Shown here: in pieces, positions 49,458-63,412 of the stretch
Layout of the letters: each line of letters opens with the position of its first letter
How positions within the stretch are numbered: the stretch's first letter is position 1
NCBI GenBank assembly: GCA_023213395.1
Contig: CM041465.1
Location: 151,473,741 to 151,537,740, forward strand
Source of the DNA: Cycas panzhihuaensis
Taxonomy: Eukaryota; Plantae; Cycadophyta
Direction: 5' to 3'
Length of the DNA stretch: 64,000 bases
Notes under the pieces: generated by a model
Databases searched by the model: none
Seen by the model: the letters and a program-made list of their open reading frames with translations, nothing else
Told to the model about the DNA's origin: nothing
Translations under genes and position numbers: made by a program

Positions 49458-52400
49458 TAGGTTTGAATCTAGTCCACTGAGAGATGACATGATGAGGAGT
49501 ACTATTGCTAGTTACATTCACCAATAAGGTTATCTCCATGCAGAGGTAAGTGAGATTTAGTGGGACTGGCCATCTCACCAAATCGTAATTAGTAGCAGTA
49601 AGATGAGATAAGATTGTTATGAAGACATGATAAGTAAGCTAGTACTCCGTCAGTAATGTGCCAATTGATATGCAAAAAATTTGAAGGTATGTTGTTTAGG
49701 CACCATGATATGTAGCATTTTGAATGAATACACTAAAGAAGGTATGTTTGTTGACATCATATATGAATAGTTGAGAAATTATGATGGCATAATTTTATTG
49801 GACTTATGGCATATGAGGCAATAGTATGTGGCACATAATAAAAATATGAAGGGTTTCAATGTACAATTGATGCTGTCATGACAATTAATTTATGCTTTAA
49901 ATTGCATGATTTGAACAAATGATATAAGGGCATGACAACTTGTTTGCTCGTGCACCCTTGTTTTGTTGATGTTGCTTGCATGTGAGATTGATTTGATGAA
50001 CATATGAGAGGCATGTTGGCGGTAAAAGTAAAGTAGATATGTTAACTATGGTTTCAAAATTCCAATTTGTGATTTGATGAAAATAATGGTTTGAAAAATA
50101 TGCATACGGTTTGCTGCATGATTGGATATGAAAGCATGTTGAAGATGTGTTATGCTAGGGTTTGAAAGAATTTTGTAGTTTGTGGGAAGGTTTGCACAAA
50201 CTAGAATTGAAGAAGATGTAGCGATGCTTTAAATAAAATCTTGCCATTGCGAAGATTATGTATTACTTTGAATTAATCTATTTGCAAGAAGTGCCTTGCC
50301 ACAGAATAACCATTCATCTGCCATTTATGCAAGAAGAAACCTTGCTCATTCGAGATAATTTGCACTTACGAAGCCATAGTTTTCGTCTGTTGTCGTGAGC
50401 TTGCTCAAGCTATTTTGCATCAAGACAGACTTTTCATCGTCGAGCAACCACCAACAACCATTGCCAAAATAAACACAATTTGAGACAACACAAACCACTA
50501 AATTTAGACTATGGGTTGCCACATCTCTTAGATCTAAAAATGGTTGATGCAATAGGCACAAATGACTATAGATTGTGTGGGTTTGCTCACAAATTTTTGC
50601 ACCCTTGCCACTAGTGTAGCTTCGTAGCTAGATATTTGAACGTAGAACAAATTACTGCCTCTAATAGAAAGTATATAGCTCCAAATAGTTGAAATGGCGA
50701 TCGAAGTTTTTTCATGTAGAAACCCTAAATCAAAATTGAATGATCGATGAAATTTTTGAGTTTATAATAATTTGTTTTACAAAGTTTTTCAAAAATTAAA
50801 CTAGATTGGATAATGGTTTAGAATCTACCAGCCCCCTAGACTTTTAATGGTCAATTACATGGAAGACATCAAGTAACCAGTGGCCTAGTCGGAAGGGGGT
50901 AAAGTTGTTTTCTTAAAAAGCGATTATTTTTTAAGGACATATTGATGCATTTTAAGCATAACTTTTCATTTAAGAGTCTATTTTTCGAACCATTACATGC
51001 ATTGGAAAGAGAATTTCGAGATGGTCAAAATGAGTGGTTACAAGGCATGTTTCAAAAATCAGAGGACAAAGATTTTAATGGGTAAAGTTGAGCAAAGTTC
51101 TTTTAATATCATAAAAGTTGCAAACTTTGAGTATTTTGAGTTATGTTTTAGCATCTTTTGAACATTTTAAAGGCTTTCAATCACATGATGATGCATGTTG
51201 ATGACTGCTAATGAAAGAAGAAGTAAGTTTGGTTTAAAATTGAACACAAAGGCTTATTTATGATATTTTAAGGCTCAAAATTGAAGATGTGAGAATATAT
51301 CTAATAAAAATTTGTTGTGGAAATCTTAGCTATGTTGGATATGATGAAAATCCCCCTTAGTAATTAACAGATTTGATAAAGTAGTGTACAACACTAGTCA
51401 AATGCAATGATCGCTTGGTTTATTGCTGATGATGATTTATGACACCACTCGATTTTATTGATTAAGGGCCCAGTTGTTGTTTACAGTTGTTTGTTGGAGA
51501 GATGATAAGTTGTTGATGTTCTTTCCACTTGTTTATGAGACATGGAGAAGAAGTCTCATTTATTTACTTGGCACCAAATCCAGCTGTTAAAGAGTCCAAC
51601 TGATGTTAGATATGTGTTTGTCAGTGAGAAATCTAACTTGTCATGTATAACAAAAGGCATGGGAATGCACTATTTACATTACCTTGTTACAACTAATTTG
51701 ACTTGGCCAGGTGGGACACCTTGTTCCTAGAGTTACTATGTTCACATTATTGATTGTTGGTTGATAAAATTTTATTGATTTTCAAAAGAAAGCTATTAAT
51801 ATGTGTATAGATAGTGACAACACATAAGTTATTTTCTCATATACAAGAGGAAGGATATTCATGCTACTCTTGTACAATATATTGGCTTAACAACTAGTGT
51901 TGTTTTATATGTTGATGAACCACATACAACAAACAACTTTCTAGAGAACTAGCAATTACAACGATTGGTTACCCATATATTTTGGTAGATGGTCGTTGTT
52001 TTATATAGACATTAGTAATTATTTTAGTTCATGAGATTTTTTATGAGATGACAAGTTGACAGTGTTGATGTTTATCGCAACTTTACAAGTGAAGATATGA
52101 AGTTATTGAGGAGAAAACTTCATATAAACATGACAAGTGAAAGTCATGAATTGAGATTGGTTATTTAGTTGATTGATGATAGTTTTATAGGTTTTACATG
52201 TGGTTAGTCATGATTGCTCATAGTTGGTCACAGATAATCACAGTTGACTATAGATGGTTACAACTTAATTGCTTACAGAAGACAAGCACGATATTGATAA
52301 ATTTACATATTACAACTTAATTCAGCTTGATACAGGTTTACAGGTTCTAACATACAGGAAAAGCATGAAAAAATAAAGACCAAGGTTAAAGACTTAAAGA

Positions 52401-52985
52401 TTGGAAATTGAAGACATTAAACATTAAGTGGGAGTGTTGAAATATTGGAATGTTGGAATATGCAATTTTTTCACATATCTAATATTTAATATAAGATTGT
52501 GGTATCACACAATCTCACACCCAAAAATATTGATAAATGTAACATACATACATATTCATGTACACATCATATTGGATAATGACAAGGCTCAAATGATATT
52601 ATAGGCTATTCATGAGGTGATTCGATCTATAAATATATACACACATCACTTGAGAACTTGAGAAAGGGGCAAGGATCAAGTTTGGAAATGTAATCGTTTG
52701 GAGATCATAATAAATCAAAGCTACCAACTCCAACCTTCTCTCATGGTTTTTCTCTCTAAGTTTTTTCATGTATAAATCTATTTTCTCTCATGATGTATGC
52801 TTATGGATATATTCATTACTTTATGTTCATGATATTGTTTAATATGGTTATGTTACAATACATTTTTACATTTGTGTACTTAATCTTGATGATATGATTA
52901 ATTCATTATACTTGATTGATATGCTTCCACTATGCATGATGAGTTAATAGCAACATGATATATCAAAAAATTAAAAATTCCAATA
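48549..52985 (+). mobile_element. Non-autonomous LTR element (LARD-like, Copia-type signals), LTRs 48549-49099 and 52435-52985
   Basis: LTR pair aligns; PBS tggtattagaat at 49100; PPT aagtgggag; TSD cattt/tgttt (CpG decay of cgttt); no pol motifs. Confidence 0.88.
49394..49454. repeat. (TA)n microsatellite
   Basis: Seen directly. Confidence 0.97.
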
Positions 52986-53322
52986 TGTTTGTCCTAGTAA
53001 GCTTGCATTCTCGAACACCTTGCAGACCAGTTTCATCAACCTCTTTGGAAGGTGCAATCTTGCAAGACAATATCTTAGTGACCATCCTGGAGAATTACAA
53101 GTTAATTTTTCTTTTGTTTCTTTCTTTTCTTTAGTAACATGCTTTTGCAAATAACCCTTCGTCACCTTTTTGTTTGAGTCCTAATGTTGGCCAAATCATC
53201 AATAAAGGCTTATACCTATCAAGAAAAAGGCTCGAGTGTAGTTGAGGAACTCTTGCTTTCTCCTCAGGAAAGGAGGTGAAGATCTTAAGTAGACTTAGTT
53301 GGAAGTCACGACTACAACAATC

Positions 53323-54900
53323 ATGGAAGAAAACCAAACCTCATGGATGGATAATAACCCATTAGCATTAGGGGGGTGAGCTATATAAGATACCTGACAA
53401 GGTTGTGGATGCATGTACAAAGTTTTGGGGAGATGGGAGAATCACAAGTGAGCAACATCAATTAAATTTTCATTAATATGCAAGAAGCTTCTTATTACAT
53501 TAATGAATGTTGTTGTTAGGATTTTTGCTTATACTTTGCAAGGCGAGGCTTTGAATTGGTTTTAGATTCTCCCTATTGAGGCAATTACTGATTGGAATCC
53601 CTTGATGAAATATTTCAAATTAAAGTACTTAAGTAAAAGAACTACTTCTTTGATGAAATTATCGTCAAACATTAAAAGAGGGACTAAGGAAAGCATAATT
53701 GACTACACTAGTAGATCTTATGCTTTCCCCTAGGAGGACACCTGATGATCTTCACCTTGCACTTGCTCTTCAGGAGGAGGGGCTTTTGGAAGGCTTGGAC
53801 CTTGATATGAAGTTCCTAGTATATCTCAAAGAGCCTACAAATTTTCAAGCAACTGCATTAGAAATTGAGGGGTTGGAAAAGACAAGATGGAGCAAATTTC
53901 CCTTTCTACCTACATATACAACTAATTCTCTTGAAGCCCTCATTAAGGCAAAATCAAAAATTTAGTTTCTCATGAAGAGGATAAATAAGGATATTCAATT
54001 ATTAAAGGAGTAGGCAAAACAATTTGACTCTAGGGAAGCAAGACTATATGCTAGGATGAACCTCTCCAAATAAACACTGAGTTTGGGGAGAATTTCACTT
54101 ATCAAGATAAAGAATGAGACATTTATTTTGAAAAACCAATGGATTAGTCCATCTTGAATGAACAAGCTTCCTCTTCAACAACTATGCCTGATGAATTAGA
54201 GGAGAATGTTATCATCTATGTAAGGGATGAGGATGAGAAGATTGGTGCAAATATCATGGACTTAACCAAAGCTCAAATGGCTTAGTAGGGGGTCAAATTT
54301 CACCAGAAAGGCCTAATACTTCCTTAAGAGAGATAAGCCTTATGAATTCTACTAAATTCTCACATTTGAGCTAAAAAGAAAGACTTCCCAAAACATTAGG
54401 AATAGAGGAGCATTAGATAAATGTTGAAATTAATATTGAGATAATAGATGTTGATGTCTTCCCACTATAGAAAGCATGCCCCCCTCATGTTTTAGTAAAT
54501 ATTTTAGGCAAATGTGCTATTCATAATGGTACAATAGACTCTATAGTAGCTCATGATGTGATGCCTCATACTGTGATGCAAGACCTGGGTTTGGAATGCA
54601 ATAAAAATCAAGAGAATATAAAAACCATGAATGATCAATTTGTCTTGGCAATAGGTGCATTTAAACATCTAATGAGTTACTCGATTGATTGTTCTAGGTT
54701 ATTAGCTACTACCTCAACAATGGTGGTTTGGAAATCATCAACTTATGGTATGATGATGAGGAAAAGATGGGGGCCTAGAACAAGTGTGCCTATAAGTGTT
54801 GGGATGCTCCCTCTAAGTATGAATTTGGTTATCTTATCTAGAGGTAAAAGATTCCTGAACTAGGTGCAAGGAAAACGAGAGATCAAATTGTAAGATCCTT
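53323..54900 (+). pseudogene. gag and protease-like remnant; no RT or IN before the 3' LTR
   Basis: TKFWGDG...RIFAYTLQGEALNWF...AITDWNPLMKYFKLKY; IHNGTIDSIVAHDVMPHTVMQDLGL...YGMMMRKRW. Confidence 0.78.
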
Positions 54901-55334
54901 ATGGTTCATGCACTAAAGGTACCTATGAGGTATTCTCTATAATTGATAATGAACCCTATGAGAAGAGAGCTTTCTGTATTAGATAGTAAAGGGTGTGAAA
55001 AGCCTTATTCATCACAGTCAAATTTTTACAAGCGCATGATAAACGATAAGAGAGATTAGGAGCCCATCAAAGGGTTGGTTCTTTCCCAACATTTGTGCCC
55101 ATGAATCAAACTCAAGATGATGCTCCCAGATCTCGAAACGATAAGGATGAAATTATTCCTTTTCTAGCTAATGAAAGGCATTTCAAACCTTTCATCACAT
55201 AGTTTTCAAGAATCAATCCTTTCTTGTTGTAAATTTTGTACATATATCCCTTAATAGTTGAATAGGACATAGTTTTAATCTAAGTTTACTGTTAAAGATA
55301 ATCATTAAACAAATTGCAAAAACAAAGGAGCCAA

Positions 55335-57443
55335 TGTTATCACCCAAATTGTACCATTCATTTTTCACGAAAAATGGAGAAGTCATGTTTGACAACCTAG
55401 TACATGGGACCTCTGGTGTATTTCTTAAAATCAAAGATGAGAAGGGGTCATCCTTGCAAAATAGATATTTAAATGTGGTAGGTTCTCTCATAAATTCCTC
55501 ATGATGACATTGTAGGAAAACACGAGCAAGTTGAAGAATTCAAAGTTCAAGGCTTGTGGAATGTGGGGATAATAGCAGTGCAAATTGTTTCAACATTTAT
55601 AACAAGCAACGTGTGTTGTCAAAGCCATCATGATCCCATGACTCTCTCATACCCATTAAAATTAATTCACCTCAATCATTTAGCTTCACAGAGAAGTTAC
55701 CAATCACTTGCTTCATGTTGTGGTTTAGTGGTTGTCTTGTTATGTATTATTGATGATCACCCTGCATATACTATTCGTCATTCTCAAAGATCATCTAGAC
55801 AAAAGAATTTTGTAGAGAGATGGAGAAGCCTTTTTCAATTATGATTCAAGTGATCCTCATGGAAGTGGTAAATCTTGTTAGAATTATTCGTGAAATTGCA
55901 CTTGAGTGGTTCAATGAAGTTGTTCATCACGCGTTTTGGGATCCAAGTTTGATGTAGGGTAAGGTGATACCTAAGGTCATTCTACAATGTGCACAAAGAC
56001 ACATTTTTAGTCAAAAGCTAGTTAAGAATTCAAATGCTCGCATAGTTTATGATCAAATCTTTATTAGCCTCACTGGAATTTTTGGCCTTTTGAGCTCATT
56101 CATGCATTGCAATTATGCAAAGAACCTTTATAACAATGTAGTGAGAGTATTTAGGAAAGGACATCATGGTTTAATGATTTAAAATTTAAAAGCCTCTCTT
56201 ACTCATGCATTGCCATGGGGAAGTTAAGCCTAGGAATTAGCTAAAGATGAAAGGGCAGGTTGAAGGCGTTTTGATCTCTATGGCAAAAAGTCCTCTACCA
56301 AGTATTCCTTTAGTATACACTTGGATGATTCTAAAAATAGAGTATGCATGTCCATAAAAAATCGTCAACTATGTGTAGAATCTAGAGATGAAATACTTAT
56401 TCATCATAATTAACAACTTGAATCATTCCACACTTATTATGGAATATATGTATTCACTCTCAAGCTCTGAAAAGTTGTTTGCTACATTGCCCCTCCAGAG
56501 CTTCATTACTTCTCTATTAGAATTATTGTAAAAGATTTCTGGAAATCTTATTTTGTAATAGTACTTCTCCTTGAGATGTATAGAAGGGAAGAGAATGTAA
56601 TAGAATAGAGACTTTTGGATATTGTAACATTTTTGGAGAAGTAAAATAAAGCTTTTTTTTGTCAAAAACAATTTTAGTGAAATGAGGTGCTTTGATACAT
56701 TGTGATTTATGAGTTGAAATGTGTTATGTGGATACATTTTGCCTGGATTATTTTTGAGTTTGTATTTACTAAAGTGTTTCTTTAAGGATAAACCCTAGTG
56801 AGAATCTAGGGAAGAGTTGATATATGTATAAGTGCTTGAGGTTTGTATAATAGGCCTTGAACATTAAGATCATGTATAGGACCAACCTTTCCAACCTTAA
56901 AGATTTTTGGTCTAGTTGGCCACTTTCCTTCTGTTGATTGTTAATGAACAATGGTGAGTCTGGCATTTAGCCTCTTCTTGGTGTCCAAATTCCCCACACA
57001 GTAATCCTCTTGAATGAGCATGTAGACCATTATTCATTTAACCTATTTTCTGGCAAGTTATTCTCCTTGTTTTATTGATTAAAGTTTCATGAGCTTGACC
57101 TTTTCCGGATTAATGTGATTTGAGTCAATAGGACTTAATCTTTGAAGTATCCCTTTGCCCTTTCAAGCTTGTAGACTTTCCTTGCACAATCCATCCTTGC
57201 AACACCTTTGTCCCACATACCCATAATCCATTTAAACTCCCTACATTCTCTCCATTTATTAGTACCCCCATATCTTCTCCTCTTTGGAGGACTTACCTTA
57301 AACACTTGCACCTATATGTATATAGACCCTTCTGTTTTGTAATGGAATTTTCCCACCATTTATTTCTGTAAACTTGCATTCTCAAACACCTTGCAAACTA
57401 GTTTTGTCAACCTCTTTGGAAGGTGCAATCTTGTGGGGCAAAA
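55335..57443 (+). repeat. Uninterrupted 3' LTR (2109 bp)
   Basis: Colinear with 41375-42533 + 45343-46141 + 48481-48548 + 52991-53072. Confidence 0.82.
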
Positions 57444-58763
57444 GGTCTCTCGCACTTGTTCCAGGGATGTGTTCTCCTAGTTTTAAATCTCCAATTGAAA
57501 TTAACTAAGTGCTCTAGGTTTTTGCATTCAAATCTCTATGGTTTTGTGCATGTTGTGCAACAAATGGGAATTTAAATCCCTAGGCACTTTGCTCCATGCC
57601 AATGGAAAATGTCTTGCTTGGCTATTTGAATTTTAGATCTCTTTTGCCCGCTCTTGGTTGTTCACTTTGTTCAAATGATACACCAATAGTAATTAGTAGT
57701 TTGTGTTTGGTTTAGATGCATTGTTGCTCACATCTGTGATGGATATGGCTCTGTTTGATTGCCTGTGACTAGGGTTTGTGAACTTGGTAGTGATTGACTT
57801 ATATTGAGCAATTCACTTAGCTATGTGATTTGGGAGAGTTTTGACCCCTTGGTCCCGAGCCAGACCAATTGAAGAACGACACATCAAGGGTGGTTTTTAG
57901 GATAAGCAATGACCAGTTGGATGACTTCTAACTTGGCAAGTTTTAATGGAGAACACCAATTAGAGGAGGATTGATTAGAAGGCTTGAAAATGCAGTCCAA
58001 CAGAGCCACCATTGGTGGGCGTGGCCATTGATTAAGGGGCTGATGGAGGATAATAAGAAGTTGAAGAATGGCAGTAGAGATCTATGTCTTGCTACACATA
58101 GATTGTGCATACACTAGTTTCAAGGATGAAGCACCCAAAAGCGAGGTACAAACACACAACTAATGGTAGACAATGTAGGGACATGGAGCAATAGGAAAAT
58201 AGTAGATGAACAACATAGAAATGAAGGGTAAAACACAACGAATAACACAAAATTAGGGGTTAAAACATGAAAGACACAAGTGTAACAAACATGAAAGACA
58301 CAAGTGTAATAACAGAACATGTATAAGGAACACAAAATGGAAATGTGGGCATGAGATGGAAAACAAATGATAACAATTGATTGTGAATCAATAGTCTAGT
58401 TGTAATACCACTTGAAGGGATCCTTGTGTCAGATCCACTTCGTAAGCCTAAGAAGAAAAGTCAAATAATAAGCCAAGTACAAGGACAAGTCCCCCCAAAG
58501 AGTCAAGCTCCCAAATGTAGATCCACGATGATTAAGAATGAAGGATCAAGACCCTTATATAGCCATCAAAATCCTCCTTTCCAAAAAATAAGACTTTTTG
58601 TTATTATAATATTAATTAATTTAATTTGTCCTCTAGGATTTTGTGGATTAAGTTCGCAACATAAGCATACCACGACAGATAAGCACAATATTATAACACA
58701 TAGAGGAGTTCCAAAGTTTACAAAATATTTTTCCTACTCAGTTGGGTAAAAAAATTGTATTAT

Positions 58764-58961
58764 AGGCTTAGCTAGGAGGTATTAGACAGAATATCTAGTT
58801 ATGGCTAAAAACCTTACAGATCAATAAATTGAGGCAAGCCATCATTAGAGCTTGAATCTTGGATGTAGAGTTCTATGCCAATAGCTAGCTAGCATTCCCT
58901 AGGAGAGATGATAAGACCCACCAAATCGACATCCAAGAAGGATCCTTGCAAAGATAACTAG
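58764..58961 (+). repeat. Left copy of a 198-bp direct duplication (right copy 59592-59789)
   Basis: aggcttagct...gataactag is present on both sides of the solo LTR with only a few substitutions. Confidence 0.95.
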
Positions 58962-59591
58962 TGTTGGATATTGTGACAACAATAGTTTGAGGCTAAAATT
59001 TTGGCATGTTAGCGGCGCGGTTTCACCCCTAATCTTTCTTGGGGGGTTCCAAGGGGGGCGGGAGCCCCCCTTGCCTCGAGGGTGCGGGGGGAGTGGGCAG
59101 ACGTTAAGAAGGGTTCGGGCGATAGCCCCATCCAAAAATTAGCTCTGTAAACCATATTAAAATGTAAAGAGAATCAGGGTCGTTCGATACAAATACCCTA
59201 GATTTTACGGTTGAGATTTATGCCTTGGATGTCCCTCTCATGTAGCCCGATTTAGGGCTTTTCTTATTATGTTGTATGTAATGTAATGTCTTTGTGATGA
59301 GGGCGGTGGTTGTTGTTCACGAGAGCACTCTTTCTTGAGATGTACTTTTTCTCCATTTCACAGCAATAAAGATCGATACCTTTCTTGTGTGGATGTTTCC
59401 CTAGCACACTGCTAGGGTTTTACCACGTTATATCGGGTGCATATGTGATGTTTGGCTTTCATATTCATGTTATTGTATTATCTCTGAGTTTAGAACTTGC
59501 ATGTTAAATTCTAGTTTTGATTCATGTAACTAGTTGCAAAATAGTTTAGATCTTGTGGCGGTTTAAGGTTTGGGACCTTGTATTCTCAACA
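58962..59591 (+). mobile_element. Solo LTR (same family as 47813-48431), flanked by a 198-bp direct repeat
   Basis: TGTTG...CAACA ends; no 5-bp TSD. Confidence 0.92.
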
Positions 59592-60049
59592 AGGCTTAGC
59601 TAGGAGGTATTAGGCAGAATATCTAGTTATGGCTAAAAACCTTACAGATCAATAAATTGAGGCAAGCCATCATTAGAGCTTGAATCCTGGAGGTAGAGTT
59701 CTATGCTAATAGCTAGCTAGCATTCCCTAGGAGAGATGATAAAACCCACCAAATCGACATCCAAGAAGGATCCTTGCAAAGATAACTAGGTCATACAAGC
59801 AACAAGACCATCGAGGCATTGTGTGTTGAGCATTTGAATCAAGGTACCTATTACAAATGTGGTGCCAAGTGGAACAAGGAGCATTGATGTTCTAAGAAGA
59901 AGATTTTCATGCTTTATGATGATTGGGAGGTAGGTATAGAGGATGTGGTAGAGACTACTGAAGAAGACAAACAAATTTTGGAAGATTTGGCATTAGAATA
60001 AGAATTGGACACCTCAAATGCTCATATATCATTACAAGATATCATTGGA

Positions 60050-63000
60050 GTCATCACTTCTTCCTAAATATTATGTCCAAAAAGGGTCATAAAAATTACT
60101 AAGGTCCCCATATTGGTTGATGGGGGGGCATCCACAACTTCAACAACCAACAAACCAAATAACAAATAACCTTTTATATTACCCTCTACAAACAATTTGA
60201 GGTGGCAATAAGAGGAGGCAAAACTATGCCATGTGGATGGTTATGTAATAAAATTGGCTTGCCATTTTAGGTTATACCTTGGAGTCACCTTTGTTTATTA
60301 TGCCAATTAGAGGGGTTGATGTGGTCCTAAGCATGCAATGGTTATGGATGTTAGATACATTCTTGATGAATTACAATAGGCTATTCATGATCTTTTGCTA
60401 AAATGGGAAGAAATATAGGTTTTAAGCCCCACCTACTCCATCCCCACACCCCACACAACTAGTTGTTGTCATCCCATAGGATGGAAAAGATTCTCAAGAA
60501 AGCACAATAAACCTGCGTTGTCAATTGTTATGTAATAACAATATACAAGGAAGTAGAGGTACACTCAAACTTGTAGTTTGTACTAAAAACTTTTACAAAG
60601 GTGTTCAAAGACCTCCTCAAAAGTTATACCCAAAACGAGGAATGGAGGACATGATTGAACTTGAACTAGGTACTACTCTAATCAGTGTCCAACCTTATAA
60701 GCACTTCTATCACCATGAAACAATAATAGAGAAATTGATGTGGGCACTATTGGGACAAGGTTCTATCATTCCTAGCATGAGTCCATGCACAACACAAGTA
60801 ATTAGAGTCCCAAAAGAGGAGCACTCTTTCCTAACATATGTAGGCTTTCAGACGAAATTGAATTCCGATATCTAGATCAAAAGTTATGCCCCTTTTAAGA
60901 ATTTCACAATTAGGGTAAAGCTACTATAAGTACCAGTTCTCCATGCCCCACATTAACGACTTATTGGATGAGTCACATAGAGCCAAGTACTTTCCCAATA
61001 TTGATGTATATTTATGGTATTGCTAGATTTGATTAAGAATGTACTGTACCCTCCAAGATGACCTTTAATACCCATGGAGGTCATTATGGGTTTAGAGTTA
61101 TGCCATTTGACGTACAAATGCATCAATGACATTCCAAGTGACCATGAATCAACTATTAAAACTTTTCCTCTATAGACTTGTTTTAGTAAGTTTTGATGAC
61201 ATATTATTATACAACAAAATTTGGGAGGACCACATTTAGGATGTCAAGTAGATACCATAAAACCTCCAAAACAATACATTTTGCAAAAATCTAGTAAAGT
61301 GTACCTTCAGATAGTGGGGTTTGGAAAATTTAGCCTACATCATCTCTAGCGAAGGCGCTAAGACTGACCCTCTAAAGATTCAACCTATACTAGTTTGGCC
61401 AACATTGAAGAAAGTCTCCAAAGTTTGGGCATTCCTAGGGTCCACAAGGTTCTATAGAAAATTCATTAAGGGATACACACGAGTAGCAACACCTCTGATT
61501 GAGTTGAGAAAAAAAGGATGCCTTCACATGGGATGACTACATAGAAAAGGCATTAACCAACCTCAAGCAATTGATGACCACACCTCTTATCTTGGCAACA
61601 TTAGACTTCTCCAGTACTTTTGTTTTAGAGTGTGATGCATTGGAATATGGATTAGGAGCAGTTTTAATGTAGAATAATAGGCCAATTATACATGAAAGTT
61701 GAAAGTTTAAGGGAAAGGGGAAACTCAAACACATCTATGACAAGGAGATTTTAGCCATTGTTCATGTAATCACAAAATGGAGGAAATACCTCATAGAGAA
61801 TAGGTTCCAAGTCAAGATAGACCAAGACAACCTAAAGTGTTTTCTTAATTAGCCTACCCTATTCAAAGAACAACAAAAATGGGTAAGTGAACTCTTAAGT
61901 GTTTGATTTTGAAATTGTCTACAAACGAGGGAAAGAGAATGTAGTGGCAAATGGGCTTTCTCAACCTAACAAGGAAACATCCCTTTGTGTGATGATAATC
62001 TTAGTGCCAACTTGGATTGAAGAAGTTCAGTAAGAATATGCCTAGGACCCATAGGGCCGAGCCATCATTCAACAACTTCAATTTGTAGACCTAATAGAGG
62101 AAAAGCATCTAGAGTGAAGGAATGGCACAAGGGGAGGGCTTATCCACCCCAAACATCTAAGTTTAAAAACACTGTACTCCAAGAATGTCCTACCACCTCT
62201 ATAATAGGACACGACAAGATAAAGCAGACCTATTGCAATGTAAGATAATCCCTTTTTCTAGAAAGGGATGAAGAAATATATCTACGAGTTTGTGACTAAA
62301 TGCAAGATGTGCCAATGGCATAAGGGAGAATGTGTAAAGCCCACTAAGTTGCTCCAACGATTATCAGATTTTATTATTGGATTATCAAACTCAGTGGGAA
62401 AAAATGCAATCTTTGTGGTGGTTGGCCACTTGAGCAAGTATGCCCATTTTTGGAATATGCAATCCAACTTTAAGTCTAGTCAAATAGTCAAGTTGTTTGT
62501 GAAGGAGATTCACTGTTTACATGATTTCCTAAGGTGATAGTAACTGATAGGATCCCAAATTCGGAAAAAAAAAAAACTCAGAACTAAAATGTTCCATCTA
62601 GTAGGGATTCAACTAGCCATGAGAACACCTTATTATTCATAGCGTCATATATAGAGAGAAGTTGTAAACAAATATTTGGAAGGCTACATTTGCAAATTTA
62701 CCTTTGGTAAGCAAAGCCAATGGCATAAATCATTACACGGCATAATGGTGTTGTAACATCACTTATGACTTGACAGCTGGAATGATGCTGTCCAATGCAC
62801 TATATGGATATGACTTCCCATTCCAACCCATACGAGGATCCAATCAAAAGTTCCGGTAGTACAAATACAAGTGAAATAGATGGAAGAAGCATTGTGCATA
62901 CTCAAAGACAACCTCAATTTGCAACAAGTAGAATGAAACAATAGGAAGACTGGCATTGGTTAGGAAGGTCTTTTGAGGTTTGGAGATTGGGTATTTCTAA

Positions 63001-63400
63001 GGCTTCAACTACACAAGTAGGCATCATTAAAAAAGACTAGGAAACATACACTCCAACCCAAATTTTGTGGACCTTTCAAGTCTAGAAAAAAATTGGTGAA
63101 GTTTCTTATGAATCGAACCTGCTAATTGGAAGAATCCAAAATATTTTTCATGTGTCATCCTTATAAAATAGGGTGGCAAAAGGATAATAACCTAAGATGT
63201 ATTATTGGAATTGGTTGAAGAAGGGTCCTTGATTGTTGAACTAATGGAAATCTTGAACATTTGGGCTAAGCAATTATGGAACAAACAAATTCACTCTAGT
63301 TAAATGGAAGAATCTGAACATTGAGGATGCAACATGGGAGAGTAAGGATGGCAACGAAGGAATCCACAAGTTCCCATGCTTTGAGGGCAAAGGGTGTTAA
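60050..63400 (+). pseudogene. Chromovirus pol (PR, RT, RH, IN, chromodomain), heavily decayed
   Basis: HYGFRVMPF, SFDDILLY, FLGSTRFYRKFIKGY, LECDALEYGLGAVL, CKMCQWHK, IFVVVGHLSKYAHF, KFCGPF. Confidence 0.9.
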
Positions 63401-63412
63401 GGGGAGGGGATA

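Larger units (their letters stand above)
41375..57443 (+). mobile_element. Non-autonomous Gypsy (gag plus protease only, TR-GAG-like) with ~2.1-kb LTRs; 5' LTR (41375-53072) heavily invaded
   Basis: 41375-53072 minus its insertions aligns with 55335-57443. TGTTA starts, decayed CAACA ends, TSD ggttt/ggtct, PBS-like tagtgaccatcctgg at 53076. Confidence 0.82.
39829..58661 (-). mobile_element. Non-autonomous LTR element with short LTRs (39829-40057, 58413-58661) and ~2.3 kb of own internal sequence; hosts the 41375-57443 nest
   Basis: LTR pair aligns; TSD taggc/taagc; decayed iMet-like PBS at 58399-58410; PPT at 40060-40071 with a chromovirus-like pre-PPT tail. Confidence 0.85.

Noticed and set aside
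49266-49581. YI-repeat ORFs
   Set aside because: Translation of a (TA)n microsatellite.
45391-56737. Three-copy 'MYPHNTFQLINHN' small gene family
   Set aside because: The copies derive from LTR duplication and the tandem duplication; there are no domain motifs and the lengths are inconsistent.
58263-58310. 24-bp tandem duplication
   Set aside because: Ordinary two-copy slippage in an element leader.
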